The notes: generated from the sequence alone by a model not told the origin. 64,000 nt of DNA from Eledone cirrhosa (GCA_964016885.1 OZ024742.1:94054001-94118000); one strand, 5' to 3'; counted from the first letter of the stretch, positions 15,000-29,232 are shown. Translations and numbers: made by a program.

Positions 15000-15265
15000 C
15001 ATTCCCTTTAAAGAGATCCTTCTGTAATTGGAACAATCTCTTTTGTCTTGCTGTTTGAAAATTGGGTTTATTAATCCTGCTTGCCATTGCTTAGGTATCT
15101 TTCCAGAAGTCCAAGCCACCGGGCACACATGATTCAAACAGAGAATACTTTTTCTAGTTAAGGATTTTAACATTGCATGCCGTCTTCCATCCTCATCAGT
15201 GGCCTTGCCACATTTGAGCTCTTTAATTGCTCATGTGACCTCAGCTTCCGAGAGGTTAATCATCA
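15000..15265 (-). pseudogene. RTE-type LINE RT fragment
   Basis: AWTSGKIPKQWQAGLINPIFKQQDKRDCSNYRRISL, preceded by GKATDED. Confidence 0.8.
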
Positions 15266-15279
15266 CTCACAACGCAGCT

Positions 15280-15415
15280 CCTTTCTACAGCTGGGTAAAC
15301 TGAAGTAATGTGAAATAAAATGTCTTGCCCAAAAAACAGCGTATCACCGGATTTGGATATCAAACTCAAAACGTCACGATAGTGAATCCAACGCTCTAAC
15401 TACCAAGCCACGTGT
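15280..15415 (-). mobile_element. tRNA-SINE fragment (CORE-like)
   Basis: Minus strand GTGGCTTGGTAGTTAGAGCGTTGGA head and TTGGGCAAGACATTT segment. Confidence 0.55.
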
Positions 15416-15470
<55 letters not shown>

Positions 15471-15519
15471 CATATATATACATACATATATATGTATGTA
15501 CGTATCTATATATATATGC

Positions 15520-15590
<71 letters not shown>

Positions 15591-16059
15591 TATATAAACA
15601 TACATACATACATAAATACATACATACACACATACATACATATATATATACATAAATAAATAAATGCATACATACATACACACGTACCTCCACACACAAA
15701 GATTATCAGATTATCAAATTTGGACAAATGTTGAAAGAGTTACGAACTCTGGGGATTTTGTGATGCATTATAGTTTGAGGAAATGGTAGATTCATTTTAG
15801 TGATTGCAGAGATAATTTCAATGATAATAAACAAGAAAATACTCACTTGTTTAACAGTATACACCTGAGCCATCACATTTAACAAACAATGTTTAGATAA
15901 AGAATGCAAAAATATATTCTTTCTTACATAGCTACTAAACAAAACCTGACCCCACACTTTTGTTTTGTCTATATTATTCATTTTTTGACAAACTCCAAAT
16001 ATATTTCGTTCAAAACATTCAAACAACCTATCAAAAAGCTATTATTTTTTCTGTCTCTT

Positions 16060-17090
16060 TCAAGCTTACTGCATGTTGCAAGTGGTTCCCAATTGCATCC
16101 ATGCATTTGTTTAGGCGTACGGTGAAGTTTAGCATAACATCTTTACAAACAGACAAAGAGATGGTGCTGGTTTTGATAAGTTTTCCTTTTCTTCAGTAAT
16201 GGCTCTGGGTTTGATGACATATGCCCTATACTCCAGATATTCCCAAAGAAAGAAATTTGGGATGCTTAAACAGATCTGTGTGGGGTCCACTCAAATATCA
16301 CTTTTTATACTGATTACACGATTTCCAAGTTTATTTTTCAGCCATTCTCGCAGCTCATTTGAGATGTAAGGGCGTAACCCATCTTGCTAGAATCAGAACT
16401 TATTCATTAGAGATTGGTAGAGGGTCTGCAGCTCTTTTTTGAAGTCTTCCTCGGTGTGATCAGTTAAATCGCAGCAATGTCTCCATTTTCTTCGAATAAG
16501 TATAGGCTAATCAACCCACTAAAAGAAATGGAAGCCAGTATATTTTGCCGAGTGGAATGGTCTCACAGCCAATTTAGTAGGATTATCTGGCCTCCAGAAC
16601 ACATTGTTCTTATAGTTGGTCATCCCGTCTGAATGAAATGATGCTTCATCTGAGGTCTACAACAGATACAGAAAATAGGGGTTGTTTTTCATCTTCTTCA
16701 GTCTTATCAGCTACAGTAACATTTTGTTTAATCTGTATCCTCCAGGGATACTTCTTCGGACCTTTTTTGACAACCTACGTACAAGTTTCTGTGGAGAGAC
16801 ACAAGGATTGGATTCTCCTGTGCAGCAAACGTTTTGGGTTCTGTTCAACAGAATCTCGGGCTATTTCAATAACGACATTTGAACAGTTCCTAGGTTGTTT
16901 GGAGTGGATATGAAGGTCCCCAAATATTGTATTGAGGTTCATTACCGCCCCATAGGTTTCAAACATCTTTATCGAATTTAGTATATTGGTTCAATCAAGT
17001 GGTCATCCAAGCAAAGAAGGTGTCCTACAAATCCTGGCTTAGAAATAAGTCCTCCTCCTTGCACTTACGATACAAGCATGTCGAAGTAGA
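16060..17090 (-). pseudogene. Decayed Tc1/mariner transposase (rosa/DD41D-like)
   Basis: Fragments SVEQNPKR, SDEASFHSDG, FxQDG, NFFLWEYLE across frameshifts. Confidence 0.65.
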
Positions 17091-17099
17091 AACAGTAAA

Positions 17100-18480
17100 G
17101 CCGTCCAAAGTTAAGACATGGTAGGACTCTCAGATTAACCTGGAATGCAATTTCAGAGAAACAAATACATTTTTCTGGCAGACCTTCCGCTGACTTCGTA
17201 ATGATAAGTCATCCTTCACTCCTGCTCTCAGGAAGGCGACTGAGGTTCCCCTCCTCTCTTCAGAGAGGTGGATGCTCACGAAGTGGAAAGAATATTTTGC
17301 TTGTTTCCTAAACCCATCACAACATCAGATTCTGATGTTGATGAGGTACATTTGGGAGTGATAAGTAATATCTTGAGAATTGAGCTCAAACATGGCAAGA
17401 CCACTGGGGATGATAACATCTTCCCGTAATGTTAAAGGCATTAACGAAAGAAGATATTCTCTGGCTGACTCGCGTGCGTTGGGTAGCAATGGCAATCGGA
17501 AATGATAATCCAAATTTTCAAAATGGGAGACAAGAGAAATTGTTCAGCCTCCTCGGCAGAGTTTATGCAAATTGTCTGACAAAGAGATGTAGGGATATTG
17601 TTGAGACTAAGCTAGCTGACGAACAGTATGGTTTTCACCCCGGACGCAACACAGCCAACAAAATACTCACACTACTGTAGGCCTTCCAGGAATCGTTGAA
17701 TTACTGCCATGAAGTGTACGCTTATTTCTTAGACCACGAAAAGGCACGTGACCATGTTTCACGGGCCCTCTTGTGGAAGGGTCTACAGGAGTATGGGATA
17801 GATGGGCAAATTCTCATACGAAAGCTATAGTACTTGTATTGGGATAAATGGTGCTATGTCGAAACAATTCGATGTGGATGTCGGGCTCTCCCATGGGAGC
17901 TTACTCTCACCTCTCCTGTTCATAATCTTTATGGACAGGATTCACATGCTCAGCTAATTTGGAGGTAGTATCGAGACTGGTTGATGTAAGATCTGTTGGA
18001 TGGAATTTGCGGACAACATGGTACTAATAAACACGTCAAATGTTGATTTCCCACACGCCCTTGAAAGGTTTGTTGTTGAGTGCTGCACGGAAGTAATGAA
18101 CATCAGTGCTGTGAAGACTGACACTCGTCATCTAAAGGAACCCTGCGCAGTGCAATCTACATGTGAGTAGAGTTTCATTGAAACAGATGAAGTTCAAGTA
18201 CCTAAGAGTTCATGAGTGCTGGACGGCAGGAGGCTGGATTAATTACAAGAACTACAAGAGCTAATGCAGTTATGCGCCAGTTTCAGCATTCAGTCATTAG
18301 AAGAAGCGTGGTAGGTGTAAAAACCAAATTCACTTTCCTGAATTCGGTATTCATGCCAGCTCTTACATATGGTGATGAATGTTGGTTAATGCCCGAAAGA
18401 ATGTGATCGTGAATACAAGCGGCCGAAACGAGGTACCTTCGAAAAGTTTTTGGGGTAAAGTTCCTCCATAGGAAGCGTTA
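17100..18480 (+). pseudogene. RTE LINE reverse transcriptase remnant
   Basis: FFWQTFR, DEQYGFHPGRNT, FLDHEKARDHV, GSLLSPLLFIIFMD, FADN, FKYL, LTYGDECW. Confidence 0.85.
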
Positions 18481-18716
18481 CATTCAAACCTTTGCACAAA
18501 TAAATGAACAAACCATCACATGCACACACGCACATGCACACATATACAGATACTTGCGCACAAGCACACACATGTCCTCTCTAATACCGAAGATACCAAC
18601 TGACCATCATTTATCCAAAATGGCTGATTGAATACACACGTACATTTCAGGAAAAAAAAATTCCTTCCTTCCTATCCTTCCACTCTCTCTTTTTATTGAA
18701 TCTTTTATTTTTCATT

Positions 18717-18755
18717 GTCTTCTGGTGAAGGACTAGTGTCCGAAACATTAACAGA
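18717..18755 (+). ncRNA. Degenerate minimal HHR of family D
   Basis: TCTT CTGGTGA A GGAC-TAGT-GTCC GAAA CATTA; homologous to the 21233 and 28325 copies. Confidence 0.5.
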
Positions 18756-18856
18756 TTTGTCCTACTATAACAAGCACTAAACTAATATAACTCTTCTTCA
18801 TTATAATATGATATTTGCTTTGTTATTTCTGCTTACTTTGTATATATATATATATA

Positions 18857-20045
18857 TACATACCGTAATTATATCTCTACCATGGTTTCCAAATAATATG
18901 GATGTCCAGAGTTAGGTTTCGCTCTGGCTGGAAAACAGCTACATAGCGATTTTTAGCCATTTTTGAATCTAAATTTGGCAGGATCGGATAGAAAAACTAG
19001 ATGTCTGATTTTGAGTTTATCTCCTGATGAAACCTAACTCTGGACATCCATATTATTTGGAAGTCCTAAATAAGGAAGAAACCATGGTAGAGATATAATT
19101 ACGGTATGTACGCATTTCTTCTAAGTTTTATTTTACTACTAATTGTGTGTGGTTGATGGTATATTTGGTCAGATTCTACATGCTGTCGAAATGTTGGATA
19201 AATAATGAGACTGGGTCGACGCGAAGAGGCTACGGTCGATTATTTGTCGGAGATTTCCCCATAAGAGAATTTATTCTTATAGCTTGCTGGGATGGACTTT
19301 GTATATGGTTAATTATGCTAATTAGAAGAAGAAATAGTATATATTTTAATATCTGATGATTCTAAAGATATGATTTATGATATAATGCCCTGATTTTTTT
19401 ATTTTAATTTATTAATTCTTCATAGAGCTTAAAAGTGAACAGTTGCAACATATATATATTTTTAACTTTATGTATATGATAACATTTATATTTAATAATC
19501 TCCCAATTGGTTGAGATTAAATTTGGCAATATATGGCTGCGCTTTCTAGCAGCAAGCCTACCCGCCGTAAGCAGCCAATCACACTCTTTCTCTCTGGCTG
19601 GAAAACAGCTACATAGCGATTTAGCCATTTTTGAATCTAAATTTGGCGGGATCGGATAGAAAAACTAGATGTCTGATTTTGAGTTTATCTCCTGATGAAA
19701 CCTAACTCTGGACATCCATATTATTTGGAAGTCCTAAATAAGGAAGAAACCATGGTAGAGATATAATTACGGTATGTACGCATTTCTTCTAAGTTTAATT
19801 TTACTACTAATTGTGTGTGGTTGATGGTATATTTGGTCAGATTCTACATGCTGTCGAAATGTTGGATAAATAATGAGACGGGGCCGACGCGAAGAGGCTA
19901 CGGTCGATTATTTGTCGGAGATTTCCCCATAAGAGAATTTATTCTTATAGCTTGCTGGGATGGACTTTGTATATGGTCAATTATGCTAATTAGAAGAAGA
20001 AATAGAATATATTTTAATATCTGCTGATTCTAAAGACATGATTTA

Positions 20046-20049
<4 letters not shown>
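18857..20049 (+). mobile_element. 668-bp tandem HHR repeat (1.7 units) with short inverted 5' segment (family C)
   Basis: 18921-19380 repeats at ~19591-20049; 18857-18920 is the reverse complement of 19029-19110 with an 18-nt deletion; (TA)n flanks. Confidence 0.85.
19018..19095 (+). ncRNA. Type I hammerhead ribozyme, family C (second copy 19686-19763)
   Basis: TATCTC CTGATGA [long imperfect stem II] GAAA CCATGG TA GAGATA. Confidence 0.8.
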
Positions 20050-20122
<73 letters not shown>

Positions 20123-20286
20123 TATACACGTGTGTGTGTGCGTGAGTTTGTGTATGCATATGTGTAAGTGCATGAATTCATCTATTTATATCCCAATTTA
20201 TATTTTAGTGAGCCAACAAAACAAGGACCAAATCTAGACTTTAGTGGGACGGGGTAATTCAGGTTTTGTGGACCCCTCATATAACA

Positions 20287-20390
<104 letters not shown>

Positions 20391-20416
20391 ATATATATAT
20401 GTGTGTGTGTCTATGT

Positions 20417-21305
20417 AGCGGGACGCTGTTTGGCAGACCGTTTTGCTGAACACTTGAGGGAGATACGACTCGGTATGGCTATTTTCACCACCCGTCATTT
20501 CCGTTCACCATTTTACTCTTCCCTACATGTCTCAGACCTTGGTGTAGTTTTACATCGCGGATCACAGGCCTAGGGCAGCAGAACTGAACAGAGTCTGATT
20601 TTCCGCCTTGAGTCCTGTTTCCTTCATGGACTCAACTCACTTCCCTAATTTCTTTAATATTACACATACGCCGGCGCTTACTTTTTTACCCCTTGCCTCC
20701 TTCACGGTTACCATGTCCGTTATCACACACGCGTTTGTACATTCACCTCTAGATTCCTATGGTTCTTTTATGGTCAGAAACATATACTCTTACAACTGAT
20801 ACAGACCAACTATATACGTGCACACAGCTCTACTTTTCCCTTCACAGCTCTATATACACAGACACCCTTTTATTAACATACTTTTGGTCACAGCTTCGTT
20901 CTTATAAGCACACACATTCTTTTACTTATTTATACATACATATATTCTCTTAGCTTCATACGGACTTATAATAACACACACACACACACGCACGCACACG
21001 CACACACACACACACACGTATACGCACGCACACAGGTATAGCTCTATATACAAAACGTTTTTTTTTTCATTTCAGATTGACGCGCTCCATCATCCACTTT
21101 TCGAAAAATGTATATCATACACAAAATGCCAGCATCAACAGCTTTCCATGAAATGGCAACATTAATAGACATGTTACTTTTTTTCCAATTCCCCCCTGCC
21201 CGTCCCTTCAATCTTTCTGATTACTCATTATTTCTTCTGATGAAGGACTAGCGTCCGAAATGTTAAGACCCTCTTCCTGCTATTTCAAGCATTAACCTAA
21301 TATAT
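20417..21305 (+). mobile_element. PLE 3' end: GIY-YIG C-terminus, 3' UTR and HHR
   Basis: GRCLADRFAEHLREI..RHF..EQSLIFRL; similar to the GIY-YIG at 31410-31480; UTR homologous to 27950-28356. Confidence 0.75.
21233..21268 (+). ncRNA. Minimal PLE-type HHR (family D)
   Basis: TCTT CTGATGA A GGAC-TAGC-GTCC GAAA TGTT AAGA. Confidence 0.75.
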
Positions 21306-21901
21306 ATGGTATGAGGGGCTCTATTTGATGATGGTGCCCCTGTTCGACGAGAGAGCCGTGTCCTCAGGTGATGGGAGCCCGGTTTCATGAGAGAAGATAG
21401 CCAACAAAACCTACACTGATAAAGCCAGCCCCGAACAAAAGAACGCCAACGAAATATGTACGAAACTTGAAAACATAAGTACTGGTATAATGTGGTAAAT
21501 GGCGATGCCTCCAGCATGGCCACAGTCTCCTAAAACAAATATGTAAAAGAATAATATAATACCCAATGCAAAACAAGATTCTGCTTCTAACAAATGTGTA
21601 GATTCTTTGAAACAAATTCCAAATTATATTCTATGTAATGTTATTCGATAGAATTTATTTCCATATTTTTCTCTTTTATTATCCAGACGCTGATGAGATT
21701 CTGTCTGGGATCAAATCGACATATTTTCTATTAAATATATAGAGTAAATATATCTTGGTTATTGTATTGTATTTTATTTCGCCAATCCTAAAATAATAAA
21801 TAATAAATAATAAATAAACATTTTATTTTCCCATTCGCCTAACCCTTTGCTCATTGGCTCACCTTCATGTACTGCTTTCAGGCATTTCCATTGTAAAAAA
21901 A

Positions 21902-21935
<34 letters not shown>

Positions 21936-22035
21936 CACACGTATATATATACATTCATATATACATACTAATATTTTACTATTTTCTATTTATGTGTGTA
22001 TTTAAATAAATATGAATTTATGCATACCCCCCCCC

Positions 22036-22077
<42 letters not shown>

Positions 22078-22969
22078 TGCATATACATATATACACAGAT
22101 ATAAGTAGCGAAGCCATTCCCAGTTCTCATATGCTCGTTTTGTCAACCTTTAATCCCAGTCAGACTAACAGAGATACCAATTCTTTTGTTTGAGTTAAGA
22201 ACGTCACCAAAGAGATTTACTGCTTCTTTTTAAATGAAATTATCAAGAGCTGTGTATTCTGGGAAACAATCCTAATAAATACTTAAGATGTTCACCTCAG
22301 GATTGCAGGTGGCTTTGTTTCCCTTCTTCCACTGACAGCACAGTCTATAATAGAGCCACTTACACACACACACACGCGAAAGTTTTATGTATTTATGCAA
22401 CACTAAAGGAATATTGAAATCTGGCCTTGTTTTATTTCATTTAAGTATTTAACTCCGTTTTTACACCCACCCACCAACCAACCACGGGATACCACATCTA
22501 TGGTTGATGAGATGCATGAAGACTTCGAGTGAATTTGCTTATTGCATCACTGTCTGCTAATCTGAATGACTAGAACTACCTATTAGTTAAATCAACCAAC
22601 AGAAATTATATATATATATATTGTAAAATGTGTGAGATCATTGGTATAGTTAGGTATATTTGAAAAGAAGGAAAATACTGACTGTTAAATAATTTGATTT
22701 AATTTTATAATATTATAATATTATGAGTTGGAAGATCCAGTAAGTTCTTCAGGGGAAAGAATTTTAAAGATTCCTGATTAACTCTGTTGGAGAACTTTCT
22801 CGCATTCGTCGGTGGCGATTGTCAAACTGAGATCAGGCTGTGTTGAGATGTGTGACTATATATATTAGAGAGATTTTGATGTCTCTGGGGTGTAGTGTTA
22901 ATGAATCTTGATGAAGATTTGGAGGAATTAAAGCATACATACACATACACGCACACACACACATACACG

Positions 22970-23010
<41 letters not shown>

Positions 23011-23654
23011 GTGAGGTTGCAAGATAAGGCTGTTTGAGAAGGTGGTTGTAAACATCCCCTCCTGCTGGTTTTATTTCATTAGCTGACCTTTGATGAGTAT
23101 ATAATGGCAGGGTGATTTTCAAATTCGTTTCTCATAGCTGAATCAACTCTCTTAAATTTATAAAGAATATCTTCTACAAATTTTTATATCAAAGATGAAT
23201 TTAGGTGGTGGTGGGTTTTAATGAGGTGTAAGATACATGTCTTGATAAGAATGGGATTACTGTAAAAAGATAAAAGAAGGATAGTTTTGGAACATTTGTC
23301 AAAAATGTGTTGTTGATATTGGTTTGGTAGAGGAAGTGTGTGTGTGTATGTGGGGGGGGGGGGGCATGCTAGCTCACATAATCACTTCCCTATATCTAAA
23401 TATATTTACAGTCCATATATATTACATACACACACACACACACATATCAACAGTTATACACACACATATATATATATATATCCATATATATACATATATA
23501 TATACACATACCCACACACACATATATACACATATATATATATATACACACACATAGAGATATATATACATACACATATATATGCATACGCATATATATA
23601 CACATACACACACACACATATACACCCACATATATATATAAACACCTGGAGTAT

Positions 23655-25623
23655 TACATAACCTACCTTCGACGATCGGCACAGTCAAATATTGCAGAGA
23701 CGAAACAGAAACACAACATCCGTACAGACCAACTGCAAGCACTAAACAAACTACAAAAAGACTCCTCAATAATCATAAAAGAAGCAGACAAAGGTGGAGC
23801 AGTCACCATTATGGAGAAAAACCACTACAAGGATATGGTCCTAGAACAGTTGAATAACGAGGATTTTTACAGAAAAATCAGCAAAAACGAACAAAGAAAA
23901 TCGATGGTTAAAGTAAGCAAACTGACGTCCAAGTACCAAAACAACCTCACACTAAAGGAAATCAATTACTTAACCAACTTCGAAATGAAAACCAGCAATT
24001 TCTAAGGTTTACGGAATGTTCACAAATCCAGAGAAATCCAATACTACACAAAAGGCAAAAATACATCATATGTTGAAGTACCCAAACCGACAGATTTAAA
24101 ATTACGCCCAATTATTGCTGGTCCAGCCTCAAGCACACAACGTCTAAGCAACCTATTAGACATCACACTGAAACCCTTGTGTAAAAAAGTGCGAAGCTTC
24201 ATTAGAGATGATATGGAATTCCTGAACTATATCCCCCAGAAAGTACAGCAAGAAACAATCTTAGTCAGCTTTGACGTAACAAGCTTATATACTAACATCC
24301 AACACGACTTAGGAGTTGAAGCTGTTGACTTCTGGATTACAAAACACCCAGACTACATTTCAGTGAGATTCCCCAAAAATTTATTTTGGTAGGACTCAAA
24401 CTAGTACTGGAGAACAACCACTTCCTTTTTGATAATGAAATGTATATTCAAATAAAAGGAACAGCCATGGGCACCAAAGTGGCCACAACATATGCAACAC
24501 TCGTTATGGGCCACCTAGAGGCAAAATTACATTCCAAACTGCATGAAACATTCAGTCAGGATTTCGCCACCCACATTAATAACAACTGGAAACGCTACCT
24601 AGATGATTGCTTCATCTTCTGGAATAGAAGCCAAGAAGACCCGCAAATATTCCATTCCATCATAAACAATCTTCACAAAGAAATAAAATTCACCATGGAA
24701 TGTAATAAAAAGGAACTATCGTTTCTGGATATCCTTATCATTAAGGAAGGGGAAAATATCAAAACGGACTTATTTTACAAACCAACAGACACACAACAAT
24801 ACTTGAATGTTCGTTCATCACACCCATCACATACCAAAAGGAGCATTCCTTTTAACATGGCTAGACGCATCTGCACCACACTGCAGGAAAAAAGATTATA
24901 TGAATTAAAAGAGTTCCTTAAGAGACAAGAATATCAGGTGAACCCCATCAACACAACCATCTCCAAAGCCCAGAACATCCCAGTGACAACACTGAGAAGA
25001 AAAAAACAACAAAATAGAATGGAAAAAACAGTTATCGATTTTGTCATCACTCACAATTCAAGGAACTTCAACATTGTGAAAGCCGCCAAACAATATCTCC
25101 CGATTCTCCAGCAGTCCCCTAAAATGAATGCACTTATAAAAGACGAACAAATTATATATAGTAGACGGCAAGCACCCAACCTAAAGAAACTGCTTACCAA
25201 GGCAAAATTTACGTCTAATAATGAAGCAATGCAAGTTAAGAAATGCGGGGACACTCGATGCGGAACTTGCGAACACATTGAAGAGGGTGGACAAATCTCC
25301 TTTAAAAACAACCAGTCTTTTATGCAAACATGAATTGCAAAACAAAAAACTTGATTTACTGTGCAACCTGCCCACAGTGTAAAGAATACTACATTGGTGA
25401 AACCGGAACGGGTCTACATGACAGAGTTCGAGTACATAAACAACTAATTAGAGACCACTCTGTCAGAAACACCACATGCAATGAACACTTCGCAACATGC
25501 GGAAACGGAAATTTCACAATTTTCCCCTTCTTTAAGATATGGTCGGACAACGAACATTTCCAAAAATATAAAGAAGAATTCTTTATTAGAAAATACAAAC
25601 CACTACTGAACACAAACAAGTGA
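23655..25623 (+). pseudogene. PLE reverse transcriptase + Cys linker + GIY-YIG endonuclease (Neptune-like), one stop and two frameshifts
   Basis: [71 protein letters not shown]. Confidence 0.93.
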
Positions 25624-25673
25624 TATTCCATCTTGAAGTAAAGGGATTCGCCCCTCTCTTTTCTTAAAAAATA

Positions 25674-25838
25674 AAAAAATCTCATATTGGAAAAGAAAAA
25701 TAGTTGATGACACCCATACTTTCAAACATTCGATCGCTGAAGAGAAGAAAAGCCCCAGAGGTACAATAACATTTCATTAATTCCCCTTCCCCCACACCAA
25801 TATATATATATGAACTTAAACATTTGAGTAGATGTGTG

Positions 25839-25883
<45 letters not shown>

Positions 25884-25948
25884 GCGATCGAATGTTTGAA
25901 AGTATGGGTGTCATCAACTATTTTTCTTTTTCAATATGAGATTTTTTA
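25674..25948. repeat. ~65-bp inverted repeat in the PLE 3' region
   Basis: AAAAAATCTCATATTG...CGATCGCTG versus CAGCGATCG...CAATATGAGATTTTTT. Confidence 0.8.
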
Positions 25949-25957
25949 ATATATATC

Positions 25958-25995
<38 letters not shown>

Positions 25996-26083
25996 AATAT
26001 GTGTATATGTATATATATATATATATATATGTATATGTGTGTATATATATGTATGTGTGTGTGTATGTATGAGTATGTATATG

Positions 26084-26116
<33 letters not shown>

Positions 26117-26719
26117 GTATGTGTATGTTTATGTATATACGTATGTATGTACATGTATGTGTCGGTGTATGCATGTGTGTGTGTATTTATATATATATAT
26201 ATATTTATACATGTGTGTGTGTGTGTATGTGTATATATATGCGTATGCATATGTGTGTATATATGTGTCTGTGTGTATATATATGTATGTGTATATATGT
26301 GTGGGTATGTGTGTGTATATATATGTGTGTGTGTGTGTATGTATGTAATATATATGGACTGTAAATAGATTTACATATAGTGAAGTGAATATGTGAGCTA
26401 GCATTCCCCCCCCCCCCACACACACTTCCTCTTCCAAAGCAATATCAACAACACCTTTTTGACAAATGTTCCAAAACTATCCTTCTTTTATCTTTTTACT
26501 GTCATCCCATTATTATCAAAAGAACCCAGACAAGCACCTAAATTCATCTTTGATATAGAAAATTGTAGAAGATATTCTTTATAAATTTAAGAGAGTTGAT
26601 TCAGCTATGCCATTATATACTCATCAAAGGTCAGCTAATGAAATAAAACCAGCAGGAGGGGATGTTTACAACCACCTTCTCAAACACCCTTATCTTGCAA
26701 CCTCACCATTTTCTGAGTG

Positions 26720-26829
<110 letters not shown>

Positions 26830-27195
26830 CTTTAATTCCTCCAAATCTTCATCAATACTCATTATCACCACACTCCACACCCCAGACACATCTAAATCTC
26901 CCTTATATATAGTCATACATTTCAACACAACCCATCTCAGTTTGACAATAGCCACCGACGAAGTTCTCCAACAGAGTTAACCAGGAATCTTTAAAATTCT
27001 TCCCACCGAAGTTAACAAAGAACTTACTAGATCTTCAAACTCATAATATGATAATATTATGAAATTAAATCGATAAAATAAAGTACCAGTAATGCACTGG
27101 TTAATTACTGGCCTTGTGTCTAAAGTAGAAACAATTATAAAATTAAATCAAATTATTTAACACTACAACTGAAGTCATTCTTTTTCCTTTTTTCA

Positions 27196-27950
27196 AATAT
27201 ATATAAGAAAGTAAGTCCTTAGAATCATTACTATTTCTTCTCCCAATCAGCATAATCAACCATACAAAAATCATTTCAACTAGGCAATAAGTTTAAAATA
27301 TACCAAAGAAGAAATAATAGATCAATTTTATCCGCGATTCACAGTCACAGAAAATTTACCTACTATTTCTGATAGCTTGTAGAAATTGACTAGACATACA
27401 GTTAACCATACATAATTAGGTACAAAATCAAAGTTAGAAGAAAAAGTGTACATAAACATACCAAAATCATCAATATATCTCTTCCCCCGGGGATTTCATT
27501 CGCTTTTTGGAAATATCCGATCTTGGATAAATCATCGAGTTTCGAAATCATCAGGAGACAAACTCAATTGGACAAAGATTTTTCTTAAATGATCCCCACC
27601 AGATTGGTATGTTTCTGTAGACTTTTTCTTCTAACTTTGATTTTGTACCTACTTATGTATGGTTAACTGTATGTCTAGTCAATTTCTACAGGCTATCAGA
27701 AATACTAGGTAAATTTTCTGTGGCTGTGAATCGCGGATAAAAGGCTATCATTTATTTATCTATTATTTCTTCTTAGGTATATGTTAAACTTATAGCCTCG
27801 TTTAAAAGATTTTTTGTATGGTTGATTATGCTGATTGGGAGAAGAAATACTGTATATATTTTATCTAATGAGTCTATGGACTTACTTTCTTATATATTGC
27901 TCTGATTGTTGATTATCTAATTGAGCCACTCCGTGAATGGTTGCCAAAAA
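27196..27950. repeat. Fold-back element, diverged relative of family C, with degenerate HHR at 27477-27559 (minus)
   Basis: Arms 27196-27464 and 27604-27898; minus strand GTCTC CTGATGA...GAAA TCCCCGGGGG AA GAGAT. Confidence 0.8.
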
Positions 27951-28324
27951 CATATATATATATATCTGAACACACACCTCTACGAAAACACACCTCTACA
28001 TTCCCTTTCACAGTTCTGTATACACACACACTCTTTTACCTACATACACACACACATATCCTCTTAGCTTCGTACGGACGTATATTAACACACCGACACA
28101 CGCATACGCACGCGCACACGTATAGCTCTATATACAACACGGTGTTTCTCCAGTTCACGTCGATGCGCTCCATCATACACCTTTCTAAAAAAAGTATATC
28201 ATACACAAAACGCCAGCATCAACAGCTTTCCAAGAGATGGAAACATGAATGGACCGGTCTCTAAAAACATTTTTTTCCGATTCCGCTCCGCCTGTCTCTT
28301 CAATCTTTTTAATTTCTCATTATT

Positions 28325-28356
28325 TCTTCTGATGAAGGACTAGCGTCCGAAACGTT
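28325..28356 (+). ncRNA. Minimal HHR (family D) lacking the stem I 3' strand
   Basis: TCTT CTGATGA A GGAC-TAGC-GTCC GAAA CGTT, then unrelated sequence. Confidence 0.7.
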
Positions 28357-29232
28357 TATTATTATTTGAATGTGGCAAAGCCGGTCATTTATCGCTCGTA
28401 TACAGGAAACTGACTGGCCAGTCTGCTGATATGCAAATCTGGGTGATCAGTGGATCTGCTTATATGCAGATCTGACTGAACTGTCAGTCTGCTAATATGC
28501 AAGTCAGGCCGATCAGTCACTGTATATTTGAGGAAATAGCATATATTTTCACTAGCTCTGACTGTTGGCAGTTGAACAGTGAGCTGTAATGATGAAGGGT
28601 GATACCCAGAAACATTAGTGATTGCAGTTCTGTTTACATGCCAACACAAGAGCAAGAACGAATGGTTCATTCTACTGACATAGCTTTAAAAGGGAGGCTT
28701 GTTTGCATAATTGCAAACGAATCAAATATTGTTATTAATATTCGAAAAACTCAGATTACATTTAATGTATTCAGCCATGCAGAGCGAAATTTTATTATTA
28801 TTATTATTTGAATGTGGCAAAGCCGGTCATTTATCGTTCGTATACAGGAAACTGAGTGGCCAGTCTGCTGATATGCAAATCTGGCTGATCAGTGGATCTG
28901 CTAATATGCAGTTCTGATTGATCAGCCAGTTTGCTAATATGCAAGACAGGCCGATCAGTCACTGTACATTTGAGGAAATAGCATATATTTTCACTAGCTC
29001 TGACTGTTGGCAGTTGAACAATGAGCTGTAATGATGAAGGATGATACCCAGAAACATTAGTATTTGCAGTTCTGTTTACATGCCAACACAAGAGCAAGAA
29101 TGAAAGGTTCATTCTACTGACATGGCTTTAAAAATGAGGCTTGTTTGCATAATTGCAAACGAATCGAATGTTATTATTAATATTCGAAAAACTCAGATTA
29201 CATGTAATGTATTCAGCCATGTAGAGCGAAAA
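28357..29232 (+). repeat. 442-bp tandem dimer with 30-bp subrepeats and HHR-like motif (family E)
   Basis: TTTGAATGTGGCAAAGCCGG occurs twice 442 bp apart; CTGTA ATGATGA A GGGT-GAT-ACCC A GAAA CATTAGTG..TGCAG at 28581 and 29023. Confidence 0.8.

Noticed and set aside
21685-21725. CTGATGA GATTCT-GTCT-GGGATC AAATCGAC (also 22503)
   Set aside because: Probably HHR relics, but core G missing and stem I unpaired, so not called
28410-28520. 30-bp periodic repeats as a CRISPR array
   Set aside because: Contiguous degenerate repeats without unique spacers, eukaryotic context, no cas genes
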